This document shows, in pieces, positions 9,534 to 18,690 of a stretch of 64,000 nucleotides of DNA. Position numbers and translations under genes: made by a program. Source of the DNA: a virus (Duplodnaviria; Caudoviricetes). The notes below the pieces were generated by a model. It saw nothing but the letters and a program-made list of their open reading frames with translations, did no database searches and was not told the origin of the DNA. The DNA lies in IMG/VR virus record IMGVR_UViG_3300027963_003275, positions 10,774 through 74,773 of that record. One strand, given 5' to 3'. Position 1 is the stretch's first letter. Each line of letters opens with the position of its first letter.

Positions 9534-10172
9534 ATGCAAAATTTCTTTACAGTAACCTTGCCCCTTTTGGCAGCGGTTACGACCAATACGGCAACATTGC
9601 CTGGTTTATTTCCTCCTCCCCCATTGAGTGCCCCGCCACCATTTTCTGTGATTAAGGAGTTTGAGACCAAGACAACGACCAAAGAGGTTGTTCCCGAAAA
9701 ACCAAAAGAGAAAAGGTTAATTTGTAAAGGGTGTTCAAATGTAGAGCAAAATGCTCTTGATTACTTCCAAGATATTGGAATCAAAGACAGAAACGCCCTT
9801 GCTACCATCATGGGCAACATTAAACAGGAATCAACATTCCAATCTAGTGTTTGTGAAGGTGGTAGTATAACGTCATACTATAATTGCTCAGGTGGTTATG
9901 GTTTGATTCAATGGACATCTGCGAATCGTTATTATGGATTGGGTGATTTTGCTAAGAAGTATGGTGGTTCTCCATCATCACTTCAAACGCAACTTCGTTA
10001 TCTAACAAATGAAGTTCAGTGGAAGAGGATTGAGGAGAAGATGAAAACTCCCGGCAAATCAATTTACTCTTACATGGACTATGCGTACAGTTGGATTGGT
10101 TGGGGGCATCATGGTGCTCGCACATCTTATGCCTATGATTATGCATCTCGACTAGTTCAAGTAGAAGTCTAA
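9534..10172 (+). CDS. phage tail-type lysozyme (Phage_lysozyme2-like) with N-terminal signal/Pro-rich region
   Basis: ALATIMGNIKQES, GGYGLIQWT, QLRYL motifs. Confidence 0.8.
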   Translation: MQNFFTVTLPLLAAVTTNTATLPGLFPPPPLSAPPPFSVIKEFETKTTTKEVVPEKPKEKRLICKGCSNVEQNALDYFQDIGIKDRNALATIMGNIKQESTFQSSVCEGGSITSYYNCSGGYGLIQWTSANRYYGLGDFAKKYGGSPSSLQTQLRYLTNEVQWKRIEEKMKTPGKSIYSYMDYAYSWIGWGHHGARTSYAYDYASRLVQVEV

Positions 10173-10205
10173 TATATAAGGGGAGTGTTACTGCTCTCCT
10201 TTCTT

Positions 10206-10616
10206 ATGTTTAAATTTGGAAAACAAAAACCAGATATAAAACAATATGCAATCATAGGAATTGTATTGAGTTCTATTATTGCAACACTTTCCCAATGTAG
10301 TGGTATTAAGCAAGATAGTATTTGGGACTTACTTGACGAAGTTCAAAGAAGATATTTCCCACAAACTATTCTCAACGACTTTGTGATTAAAGATCCAGAG
10401 AAACTTGATAGAAGAATCAATCGTGATGTTGATGCAGCAATCGCAGAGTATGAACGATTGACAGGAGATGATGGAAAGGTTAAAATACCTTCACCACGAT
10501 ACTCAGAGAAACCACAAGACGGGTCTTATGCCCAATCAGTTCTTGGAGGTGAAATGAGATTGTGTGCTCCATGGGTTGATGACTGCCCAAAAGATGCGAA
10601 ATTAATTCAGCGGTAG
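10206..10616 (+). CDS. hypothetical membrane-anchored protein
   Basis: TM segment YAIIGIVLSSIIATLSQC; C-terminal CAPWVDDC; stop codon lies inside tRNA-Gly. Confidence 0.7.
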   Translation: MFKFGKQKPDIKQYAIIGIVLSSIIATLSQCSGIKQDSIWDLLDEVQRRYFPQTILNDFVIKDPEKLDRRINRDVDAAIAEYERLTGDDGKVKIPSPRYSEKPQDGSYAQSVLGGEMRLCAPWVDDCPKDAKLIQR

Positions 10617-10667
10617 AATGTCTGCCTTCCAAGCAGAACGTCAGGAGTTCGAATCTCCTATTTCGCT
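10596..10667 (+). tRNA. trnG: tRNA-Gly(TCC)
   Basis: Acceptor GCGAAAT/ATTTCGC, D arm ATTC/GAAT, anticodon arm TCTGC-CTTCCAA-GCAGA, T arm AGGAG-TTCGAAT-CTCCT; CCA not encoded. Confidence 0.93.
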
Positions 10668-10726
10668 TTCCCAATTTTTTGGGAATACTAAATAATCCTC
10701 GTAGTTGTAAATCTTAATACAATCTT

Positions 10727-11617
10727 ATGAATTTTAAATCATTTTTTGCTAGTGCCGTTGTTGTTTCTGCAATGACCGCTCCTGCTATGGCACAAGTCAC
10801 CAGTGTTTCTCAACTGAGTGATGTGCAACCTACTGACTGGTCTTATCAGGCAGTTTCAAATCTGGTATCGCGTTATGGATGTGTTGCTGGTTTCCCTAAT
10901 GGAACTTTTCAACCAGGACAACCTGCCACTCGTGCCCAACTTGCTGCACTGACTAGTGCTTGCCTGGATCGCATTAGTGAGTATCAGACTGCTGCTGATG
11001 CTGCTCTTGCTGCCGCGCTTCGTGCTCAATTCTCCAAAGAAATTGCTGCCACTAATACTCGTGTAACGACTCTGGAAGTTGCTTCTGCTCGTAAGGCACA
11101 AGGAGTTGGTCAGTATGTAGGTGTTGGCGTTCTGCTGAATAAGCAAGGAGTTGCTGGCGGTGGTAATGGTACTAATCAAACCATCTCCGGTGCTACTGTT
11201 CAGGCACGTCTTCCTGTTGCTACTGCTTGGGGAAATGAAGTTTCAATTCGCCCTTATGGCAACTTTGTTGGTAACCCTGCTGGACAGATTGGTGCTGCTG
11301 GTGGTGCTCTTGCTACTTATGATTATTCCGTTTCACGCAAGAATCTTGCAAATGGAACTAAAGTAAGTCGTGCAAACATCTATGGTGGTATTGGTGTTCA
11401 AACTCCTTTTGTGAATAACACCACTTCCAATTATCAATCTGCTGTTGGTTCTCAGACTCAAGTTGTTCTTGCTTTGGGTGTTGAAGGTCGTATTACTGAT
11501 TCCTTGGTTGGTTTTGCAGATCTTAAGTTCCCCACTACCAATGCTGGTAACAGTTATGGTAGTTCAAACGGAACTTATAGTCCCGTGTTCACAACTGGTC
11601 TTGGTATCAAGTTCTGA
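10727..11617 (+). CDS. SLH-domain outer-membrane protein (N-terminus like cyanobacterial Som/OprB-type porins)
   Basis: Signal peptide, AQVTSVSQLSDVQPTDWSYQAV..LVSRYGCVAGFPNGTF SLH signature, amphipathic beta strands, C-terminal Phe (TGLGIKF). Confidence 0.85.
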   Translation: MNFKSFFASAVVVSAMTAPAMAQVTSVSQLSDVQPTDWSYQAVSNLVSRYGCVAGFPNGTFQPGQPATRAQLAALTSACLDRISEYQTAADAALAAALRAQFSKEIAATNTRVTTLEVASARKAQGVGQYVGVGVLLNKQGVAGGGNGTNQTISGATVQARLPVATAWGNEVSIRPYGNFVGNPAGQIGAAGGALATYDYSVSRKNLANGTKVSRANIYGGIGVQTPFVNNTTSNYQSAVGSQTQVVLALGVEGRITDSLVGFADLKFPTTNAGNSYGSSNGTYSPVFTTGLGIKF

Positions 11618-11643
11618 TAACCTTTAAGGTGTAAGTACCATTT

Positions 11644-11664
11644 ATCCCCCACAAGGGGGATTTT
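11644..11664 (+). terminator. intrinsic terminator
   Basis: ATCCCCC-ACAA-GGGGGAT then TTT. Confidence 0.7.
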
Positions 11665-11678
11665 GGTATTTGGTCATT

Positions 11679-11686
11679 TATAAATA
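11679..11686 (+). promoter_or_regulatory. T4-type late promoter for dps
   Basis: TATAAATA 14 nt before ATG 11701. Confidence 0.75.
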
Positions 11687-11700
11687 CTTCAAAAAGTATA

Positions 11701-12144
11701 ATGGAAACTTTATTCAAATCACTTAGTGATGCTCAGGCATCACTTTTTGTTTTATTTCAAAAAACTTGGATTTATCATTGGGATGTTGTTGGACCAGACT
11801 TTCATCAACTACACACTGTCTTTGGTGAACAATATAATGAAATGTTTGAAGAGATTGATACTCTCACAGAACATATGAGATATTTGGGAATGAAACCAGT
11901 CAGCACTCTCACAAGAATTACTGAAGTAACTCAAATTGAACAAGCATCAAATAGTGCCCAAGATATTGGTGCTATGGAAATGGTTAGGCAGTTGAGAGAT
12001 GATAATAAAAAGATTGTAGAAATATTTACAGAAATTTCAGAAGAAGCAGATAAACAAAAACAATATGCAACTTCAAATTTAGTTCAAACTATAATGGAAA
12101 CGCACGGCAAATTCCATTGGATGTTGAGATCTTTTCTAGAATAA
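11701..12144 (+). CDS. dps: Dps-family ferritin-like DNA protection protein
   Basis: HWDVVGPDFHQLHTVFGEQY...IDTLTEHMR and terminal KFHWMLRS motifs. Confidence 0.92.
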   Translation: METLFKSLSDAQASLFVLFQKTWIYHWDVVGPDFHQLHTVFGEQYNEMFEEIDTLTEHMRYLGMKPVSTLTRITEVTQIEQASNSAQDIGAMEMVRQLRDDNKKIVEIFTEISEEADKQKQYATSNLVQTIMETHGKFHWMLRSFLE

Positions 12145-12195
12145 AAATTAATGGTATAATGTAAATACTTGACTAATTTAAAGGAATGATATAAA

Positions 12196-12450
12196 ATGTT
12201 AAAGGTCAGATGTAAAATGTGCAACAAAGAGTTGCACTCTCATCAAACACAGACTAAGTGTTGTGGATGTGATAATTTAACCACAGTAAAAGATGATAAA
12301 ATTACTGCATTAGATTTAAGTTTGGTAGAGTTAATATCAAATCCAAATTTAAAAAATAATTCTTCTTCTCTTTTTACAAGAGAAGATCTTGCATATCAAG
12401 AAGCAAGAAGAAACCGTAAAGTTAGAAAAATGGAGTTTGAAATTAAATGA
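12196..12450 (+). CDS. hypothetical Zn-binding protein
   Basis: CKMC...CCGCDN; C-terminal RRNRKVRKMEFEIK. Confidence 0.75.
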   Translation: MLKVRCKMCNKELHSHQTQTKCCGCDNLTTVKDDKITALDLSLVELISNPNLKNNSSSLFTREDLAYQEARRNRKVRKMEFEIK

Positions 12451-12602
12451 GTTGGGAATCCCCAAACCTGTCTAAGGGTGATATTGAATTACTTACAATC
12501 GCATTGGATGAGTATCTTTATGCGTCAAATTTAGAAGTTCCAGATATGCCTAAAATGGAAAAACTATTACATAGATTGGAAGACCATTTGAATAAGTTTT
12601 AA
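12447..12602 (+). CDS. small hypothetical protein (51 aa, not in ORF track)
   Basis: ATGA overlap with the upstream stop; MSWESPNLSKGDIELL...HLNKF*. Confidence 0.6.
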   Translation: MSWESPNLSKGDIELLTIALDEYLYASNLEVPDMPKMEKLLHRLEDHLNKF

Positions 12603-12617
12603 TTTTTTATAATTATA

Positions 12618-12646
12618 TTGACAGACCTTTCAATAACTGATATGAT
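12618..12646 (+). promoter_or_regulatory. sigma70-type promoter
   Basis: TTGACA-N17-TATGAT. Confidence 0.75.
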
Positions 12647-12658
12647 AATCTTATATTA

Positions 12659-12850
12659 ATGAAGCAAATGAAAAAGTTTACGGTAGAAGAATTCCAAGAA
12701 GACTTTGATAATCTAATAGAAAGAGTAGAAAATGGAGAGTCTTTTGTTATCACTAGCGAATACGGAGATGCTATGATGATTCCTTATGGTGAGTATAAAG
12801 AAGTTGACGACCTTATCCGAATACACACGGATCACGAAGAGGGTTGTTGA
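12659..12850 (+). CDS. Phd/YefM antitoxin-like protein
   Basis: FTVEEFQEDFDNLIERVENGESFVIT..G.AMMIPY matches the Phd/YefM N-terminal pattern. Confidence 0.65.
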   Translation: MKQMKKFTVEEFQEDFDNLIERVENGESFVITSEYGDAMMIPYGEYKEVDDLIRIHTDHEEGC

Positions 12851-12856
12851 ATTTTT

Positions 12857-12928
12857 GGGAGTATAGCTTAATGGTCAGAGCGGCCTGCTTATAACGGGTT
12901 AGTCTGGGTTCAACTCCCAGTATTCCCA
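12857..12928 (+). tRNA. trnI: tRNA-Ile(TAT)
   Basis: Acceptor GGGAGTA/TATTCCC, anticodon arm GCCTG-CTTATAA-CGGGT, T arm CTGGG-TTCAACT-CCCAG, discriminator A. Confidence 0.9.
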
Positions 12929-12930
12929 TA

Positions 12931-12981
12931 GTCACGGAGAGACTTTAAAAGTACTGGTGGAGTCAGTATTTAATACGACCC
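12931..12981 (+). ncRNA. candidate small structured RNA between tRNA-Ile and gmd (position like the cyanophage wcaG-type motif)
   Basis: Hairpins GTC-ACGGAGA-GAC and GTACTGG-TGGAG-TCAGTAT, one UGGUG, followed by a terminator. Confidence 0.45.
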
Positions 12982-12997
12982 TATGCTTACATACATT

Positions 12998-13027
12998 AAA
13001 GGAGAGTTGCATAAACTCTCCTTTTTT
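12998..13027 (+). terminator. intrinsic terminator
   Basis: AAAGGAGAGTT-GCATA-AACTCTCCTTT followed by T tract. Confidence 0.85.
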
Positions 13028-13035
13028 GATATAAT
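13007..13035 (+). promoter_or_regulatory. sigma70-type promoter for the glycan island, overlapping terminator
   Basis: TTGCAT-N17-TATAAT, 20 nt before the gmd ATG. Confidence 0.65.
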
Positions 13036-13055
13036 AGTACAAAATATTTTATTAT

Positions 13056-14057
13056 ATGAAAGTTGCTTTAATTACTGGTATTACAGGTCAAGATGGATCT
13101 TATCTTGCCGAACTGCTCCTAGAAAAAGGATATGAAGTTCATGGCATTATTCGTCGTTGTTCACTCATTAATACCCATCGTATTGATCATATTTACAATA
13201 AACTAAAGTTGCATTATGGTGATTTAACTGATTCAACAAATCTTGTTAGAGTTATTCAGTTAGTTCAACCTGATGAGATTTATAATCTTGGTGCTCAAAG
13301 TCATGTAAAGGTTTCTTTTGATATGCCTGAATATACAGGACAAACAGATGCTCTTGGAACTCTTCGTGTTCTTGAAGCAGTTCGTTTGCTTGGAATGGAA
13401 GATAAGGTTCGTATCTATCAAGCATCTACATCAGAGATGTTTGGTTTAGTGCAGGAAGTTCCACAAAAAGAAACTACACCATTTTACCCACGTAGTCCTT
13501 ATGGATGTGCTAAGGTTTATGGGTATTGGATCACAAAGAACTATCGTGAGGCATATGGAATGTATGCTTGTACGGGTATTCTTTTCAATCACGAATCACC
13601 AAGACGAGGAGAAACTTTTGTGACCCGTAAGATTACTCAAGCATTTTCTCGTATTTCTGTTGGTATGCAAGATTGTTTACATCTTGGTAATCTTAATGCT
13701 AAAAGGGATTGGGGACATGCTAAGGACTTTGTAGAAGCAATGTGGTTAATGCTTCAACAGGATGAACCTGATGATTTTGTAATTGCGACTGGAAAACAGT
13801 ATTCAGTTAAAGAATTTGTAAATGCTGCTGGACCTTATTTTGGTCTTCATATTGAATGGGAAGGTGAAGGACTTGAAGAAGTTGGAGTTGAAAAATTTAG
13901 CAGAAAACCAGTTATTCGTGTGAATCCTAAATATTTTAGACCGACTGAAGTAGAGACTTTATTGGGTGATGCTTCTAAGGCAAAAGAAAAACTAGGTTGG
14001 GAACCTAAGATTTCTTTTGAACAATTAGTTGAGGATATGTGTATTCATGGACAGTGA
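13056..14057 (+). CDS. gmd: GDP-mannose 4,6-dehydratase
   Basis: [51 protein letters not shown]. Confidence 0.97.
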   Translation: MKVALITGITGQDGSYLAELLLEKGYEVHGIIRRCSLINTHRIDHIYNKLKLHYGDLTDSTNLVRVIQLVQPDEIYNLGAQSHVKVSFDMPEYTGQTDALGTLRVLEAVRLLGMEDKVRIYQASTSEMFGLVQEVPQKETTPFYPRSPYGCAKVYGYWITKNYREAYGMYACTGILFNHESPRRGETFVTRKITQAFSRISVGMQDCLHLGNLNAKRDWGHAKDFVEAMWLMLQQDEPDDFVIATGKQYSVKEFVNAAGPYFGLHIEWEGEGLEEVGVEKFSRKPVIRVNPKYFRPTEVETLLGDASKAKEKLGWEPKISFEQLVEDMCIHGQ

Positions 14058-14979
14058 TAGTAGGATTTTGGTTGCTGGTGCCAATGGGATGGTTGGTTCT
14101 GCAATTGTTAGAAACCTTGAGAGTAAAGGATATAAAAATATCATCAAAGGTACTCGTCAAGTTGTAGATTTTACAGATCGAGACGCAACTGATACTTTTT
14201 TTAGACTTAAAAAACCAGAATATGTTTTTATTGCTGCTGCCAAAGTTGGTGGCATTATGGCAAACAATAACTATAAGGCAGATTTCCTAACTGAAAATAT
14301 TCGTATTCAAACAAATATTATTGAGTCTGCTAATCGTTGGAATGTAACTAAACTTCTGTTTCTTGGTTCTTCTTGCATTTATCCTAAGTTTGCAACACAA
14401 CCAATTAGAGAAGATCAGTTAATGACTGGTGCTCTGGAACCAACTAATGATGCCTATGCAATTGCAAAGATTGCTGGAATTAAAATGTGTCAGGCATATC
14501 GTCAGCAGTACGGATTTAATGCCATCTCTTTGATGCCTACAAATCTTTATGGTCCTAATGACAATTTTGATTTGAAAACATCACATGTTCTTCCTGCGAT
14601 GATTGCTAAGTTTCATAATGCTCTTAGTCATAGCAAACATTGGGAGGTTGAACTATGGGGAGATGGTTCTGCAATGCGGGAATTTCTTCATGTTGATGAC
14701 CTTGCTGAAGCTTGCTATATTTGTATGCAAAAATATGATGAAGAAGGACATATCAATGTTGGAACTGGTGAAGATGTGACAATTAAGCAACTGGCAGAAA
14801 CAATTGCCGATGTTGTTGGTTATGACCGATATATTAATTGGGATACAACAAAACCAAATGGAACTCCAAGAAAAGTTCTAAACGTGGATAAAATTAAATC
14901 TCTTGGTTGGGAACCTAAAATTGGTCTCCGTGAAGGTATTGAAAAAACTTATGAATGGTATCTCGAAAATGCCAATTAA
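14047..14979 (+). CDS. fcl: GDP-L-fucose synthase
   Basis: [48 protein letters not shown]. Confidence 0.96.
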   Translation: MDSDSRILVAGANGMVGSAIVRNLESKGYKNIIKGTRQVVDFTDRDATDTFFRLKKPEYVFIAAAKVGGIMANNNYKADFLTENIRIQTNIIESANRWNVTKLLFLGSSCIYPKFATQPIREDQLMTGALEPTNDAYAIAKIAGIKMCQAYRQQYGFNAISLMPTNLYGPNDNFDLKTSHVLPAMIAKFHNALSHSKHWEVELWGDGSAMREFLHVDDLAEACYICMQKYDEEGHINVGTGEDVTIKQLAETIADVVGYDRYINWDTTKPNGTPRKVLNVDKIKSLGWEPKIGLREGIEKTYEWYLENAN

Positions 14980-15769
14980 TAAATTTCCAAACATTTATTG
15001 TGCAAGTCTAAAAGAAAGCAAAGAACGACAAGAAAACATAAAAAAACAATTTTTAGATAATGGTATTGAATCATTTCAATTTCTTTTATCTGAAAGATTT
15101 GAAAATACAAATGATGTAATAGAAGGATTAAAAACTCATTATCTTGATGATGGGACAAAGGGAGCAATAACCTCACACCTTAGAATGATAAATTATTGGT
15201 ATAATAATACTGATGAACCTCATGGTTTCTTTTGTGAAGATGATCTAAGTTTGGAAACTGTTCAATATTGGAATTTTACTTGGAATGAATTTATTGAAAA
15301 TCTACCAAAAGATTGGGATTCCATTCAATTGATGTGTGCAAGTGAAAATTCTGATGATGTGCGATTGAGAAGAAGAACTTGGGATGATTTTTCTGTTGGT
15401 GCTTACATTGTTTCAAGAAAGTTTGCAAAAGTTTTAATTGATACTTTTATAAAGGATGGTAAATTTTTATTGGAATTTCCAGGCAACCTTGATTGGGTTC
15501 CATTGGCAGAGCATTTAATTTATTACACACCCAAAAGTGTTATAGATAGTCAAGACTTACAATATAATGTGTTTGTGCTTCCTTTATTCGTAGAAGAAAT
15601 AAAATTCACTACTACATTTTTTGATAGAAAATCAAAATATTGGGGAGAAGATACAGGAGTTTATAAAGAAACACACAAAGGACATCATATTGATTCTTAT
15701 CAAAAAGTTTTAAAATGGTGGAAAACAATTGGTAGAACTTTAACTATTGAAAAAATTATGAACCTATGA
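14969..15769 (+). CDS. glycosyltransferase, GT25-like
   Basis: IYCASL..S.ER, GAITSHL, CEDDL, LPKDWDSIQL, GAYIVSR. Confidence 0.75.
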   Translation: MPINKFPNIYCASLKESKERQENIKKQFLDNGIESFQFLLSERFENTNDVIEGLKTHYLDDGTKGAITSHLRMINYWYNNTDEPHGFFCEDDLSLETVQYWNFTWNEFIENLPKDWDSIQLMCASENSDDVRLRRRTWDDFSVGAYIVSRKFAKVLIDTFIKDGKFLLEFPGNLDWVPLAEHLIYYTPKSVIDSQDLQYNVFVLPLFVEEIKFTTTFFDRKSKYWGEDTGVYKETHKGHHIDSYQKVLKWWKTIGRTLTIEKIMNL

Positions 15770-16431
15770 AATTTTTAACATTTTTAAATAGTGGATGTAT
15801 AGACATCTGTAAAAACATGTTGATTTCTGCTGAGAAAGTGGGAATCAATATGGATGATTTTTATATTGCTTGTTTGGATGATAATTCTTATCAGCAACTT
15901 AAAGAATATAAAAATTGTTTTTTGTATTTAAATCAATCTATTTTGGAGTATCAGGATTGGACATTTGACGAAAGTAGTGGATTTCGTCAAATTGTAAAAA
16001 ATAAATGGCAAATTATTAAAAAAATATATCAAGAAAATAAAGAATTGTGTTGGGTTGATACTGATATTGTTTTTGTTAAAAATCCAATTGAATACTTAAC
16101 AGGACATCAAGAAATTCTTTTTCAGGGAGATAGTCCTGGATCTACTTTGTGCTCAGGGTTTATGGTATTTAATCAGTCCAAAGAGTGTGAACAAATAGTA
16201 AGTGAATGTGCTTCTGCGATTGATGCCGATGATCAGTTAATTATAAATGAAATAATGATTAACAAATATCCAAATAATGCTGCAATTTTAAATCGTGATT
16301 TGTTTCCAAATGGTTATGCGTATTATACTGAAGGTAAAAAGGAGAATGCGTTAATTGTTCATAATAATTGGATGGTAGGTGTAGAAGAAAAGACTAAAAG
16401 ATTTAAGGAGGAAAAATTATGGTTCTTATGA
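15766..16431 (+). CDS. nucleotide-diphospho-sugar transferase (GT77-like)
   Basis: WVDTDIVFVKNP, CSGF, DDQ, LFPNG, HNNW...K motifs. Confidence 0.8.
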   Translation: MKFLTFLNSGCIDICKNMLISAEKVGINMDDFYIACLDDNSYQQLKEYKNCFLYLNQSILEYQDWTFDESSGFRQIVKNKWQIIKKIYQENKELCWVDTDIVFVKNPIEYLTGHQEILFQGDSPGSTLCSGFMVFNQSKECEQIVSECASAIDADDQLIINEIMINKYPNNAAILNRDLFPNGYAYYTEGKKENALIVHNNWMVGVEEKTKRFKEEKLWFL

Positions 16432-17285
16432 ATAATGATGCGTTAAGACCTGCATCTATTTCCCCAACATATCCTCCATACCATACTGGAAAATATCTTG
16501 AGGAATATTTTTTCAAAAGATGGAATGAAGAAAATGTTCAAACAGATAGACAGTATATTGATGTCTTTTGGACGAATAATTTTTGCAATTCTATGTTTGC
16601 AGGACAGCAATACGAAAACGTTCAAGAGCAATTAGATTCTGTCCTTTCATCTAATGGAAAGTATTTTACAGTATCTCAATTTGATGATGGACCTTTTGAG
16701 AAATTTCCAGAAGACACTTTAATTTTTTCTGCTGGTGGAAATCGTGAAGGGGATAATATTATTCCTATTCCTTTGATTTGTGGTTCTATCCCAAAAGAAT
16801 TAATTCCAAATAAAGAAAAAACTATTCTTGCTTCTTTTGTTGGTTCTAGAGATACTCATCCAATTCGTATGGATATGTGTAATCATTTGTCTGGAAAGGA
16901 AGGGTATGAGATTTCTGCTGGAAATTGGTCTACGACAGTCCCTATGGACAACTTTAAGAAGTTTCTGGACATAACCTGCTCTAGTAAATTTGGACTTGCT
17001 CCAAGAGGTTATGGGAAGAGTAGTTTTAGAATGTATGAAATTCTTCAATTAGGAACTGTCCCAGTTTATATTTCAGATGTTCATTATCTTCCTTGGACTG
17101 ATGAATTGGATTGGAATGACTTTTGTGTTCCTGTAAATGAAGATGAGATTGAAGATATTGATACTATACTAAAATCAATAGATGATGTAGAATATAATAA
17201 GTTATTAGAAAATGGAAGAAAGGTATATGAAGAGTATTTTGCTCTTGAAGGCATGTTTAAAAATATTGTGAAAAGAATTAAATGA
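16428..17285 (+). CDS. exostosin-like glycosyltransferase (GT47-like)
   Basis: SKFGLAPRGYG.SSFR.YE.LQLG.VPVYISD..YLPW motif. Confidence 0.8.
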   Translation: MNNDALRPASISPTYPPYHTGKYLEEYFFKRWNEENVQTDRQYIDVFWTNNFCNSMFAGQQYENVQEQLDSVLSSNGKYFTVSQFDDGPFEKFPEDTLIFSAGGNREGDNIIPIPLICGSIPKELIPNKEKTILASFVGSRDTHPIRMDMCNHLSGKEGYEISAGNWSTTVPMDNFKKFLDITCSSKFGLAPRGYGKSSFRMYEILQLGTVPVYISDVHYLPWTDELDWNDFCVPVNEDEIEDIDTILKSIDDVEYNKLLENGRKVYEEYFALEGMFKNIVKRIK

Positions 17286-18037
17286 AAAAAATATTACTAG
17301 TTTTTGCTGATTATAAAGATCAAAGGCAAAATTTCTTTGATACTTACATGTCTCCAAGAAATCAAGAATATGCAGAAAAGCATGGATTTGAATATCTTGA
17401 ATTGAAAGAAAATCTTTATAAGTATCGTGGAAGTTATACTTGGTTAAAATTTACTATTCTTGAGCAAATGCTTGAAGAGGGATACATTGAAGATGGAGAT
17501 ATAGTAACCCATATTGATGCTGATATGTGCGTTGCAAAAACAAATATTCCATACGAGACAACAAAATCTTTTTCATATTCTATTGATTCTGGAAATACTC
17601 ATTGTATGGGATCTTTTTCTATTAAAATTAATGAATGGTCTAGACAATTAATTTTAAATATTCTTTCAGAAGATAGATATAAAGCACTCAATGATGCTGT
17701 ATCTAAACATGAAAGATTTGGATATGTGAATAGTTTTTGGCATGAATTTCGTGAACAAGCATCTTGGTATTCTCTTGCAGGAATTAAAAGACATTCTGAT
17801 GAACCATTTTGGAATTTATCTGATTTTGGGTGGCATTCATCAAAAGATGAATGGACAATTTATTCTTTGGAAGAACTTTATGAACATGTTGAAGTTCTTC
17901 CGACTGCTTGGAATGTTACTGAACTTGAGGGAGAATCCTCTTGTGAGTTTTTAATAAATAAAATACCAAGAGATGATGTAATTATTCGTCATTTTGCTGG
18001 TGGTCAACAATGGAGAAAGGAGTGGTTTGAACAATGA
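17282..18037 (+). CDS. glycosyltransferase, GT34-like
   Basis: YAEKHGFEY, WLK, IDADM DxD, EQ, WN, IRHFAG. Confidence 0.7.
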   Translation: MKKILLVFADYKDQRQNFFDTYMSPRNQEYAEKHGFEYLELKENLYKYRGSYTWLKFTILEQMLEEGYIEDGDIVTHIDADMCVAKTNIPYETTKSFSYSIDSGNTHCMGSFSIKINEWSRQLILNILSEDRYKALNDAVSKHERFGYVNSFWHEFREQASWYSLAGIKRHSDEPFWNLSDFGWHSSKDEWTIYSLEELYEHVEVLPTAWNVTELEGESSCEFLINKIPRDDVIIRHFAGGQQWRKEWFEQ

Positions 18038-18690
18038 AAGTTGCATTGTGTCTTAGTGGTCAAATAAGAAGTCATGAATTAGTTAAAGGTAGTATAAAAA
18101 AACATTTGCTTGATTTGTATAATTGTGATGTTTTTTGCCATTTCTGGCATAAGTATGATAATGAAAAATATAAAAATTTTTATAATCCTCAGTGTGCAAG
18201 TGATTATGGAATTTTTGATGATAAAAAAATAAAAGATGTTATTGATTTTTATAAACCAAAATCATTAAAATATAGTTTTCCTTTTTTTGATCAGAATACC
18301 AAGAGTATGTTATATTCAATCTGTGAATCAAATAAGTTAAAATCTGAATATGAAAAACACAATAATGTAAAATATGATTTGGTTATAAAATGTAGATATG
18401 ATATGATGTTTAAAGGTGATTTAAACATACCAAAAATTCAAGAAAATTTAATATATTTGCTTAATAGACCTGGTGGTTGTGGTGGATATGGGGATTGGGT
18501 TGTATATGGAAATACAAAGATAATGGATATTTATATGAATGCATATGAAATTTATAAAAATACTGAAAGAATTTTGCAACCATGTCCAGAAGGAATTTAT
18601 TATGAATATCTGAATAATATGGGGGTTGCGGTTAATTACATAGATAGAGTTTTTTCTGTAGTTAGGGAAGATGGACTTGAAGTTATATGA
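18034..18690 (+). CDS. hypothetical protein, putative glycan-modifying enzyme
   Basis: MKVALCLSGQIR...DVFCHFW...YDLVIKCRYD family pattern, common in viral glycosylation clusters. Confidence 0.6.
   Translation: MKVALCLSGQIRSHELVKGSIKKHLLDLYNCDVFCHFWHKYDNEKYKNFYNPQCASDYGIFDDKKIKDVIDFYKPKSLKYSFPFFDQNTKSMLYSICESNKLKSEYEKHNNVKYDLVIKCRYDMMFKGDLNIPKIQENLIYLLNRPGGCGGYGDWVVYGNTKIMDIYMNAYEIYKNTERILQPCPEGIYYEYLNNMGVAVNYIDRVFSVVREDGLEVI

Noticed and set aside
12196-12602. Toxin partner for the Phd-like gene
   Set aside because: Neither upstream ORF shows RelE, PIN or Fic motifs, and a separate promoter lies between them and the Phd-like gene
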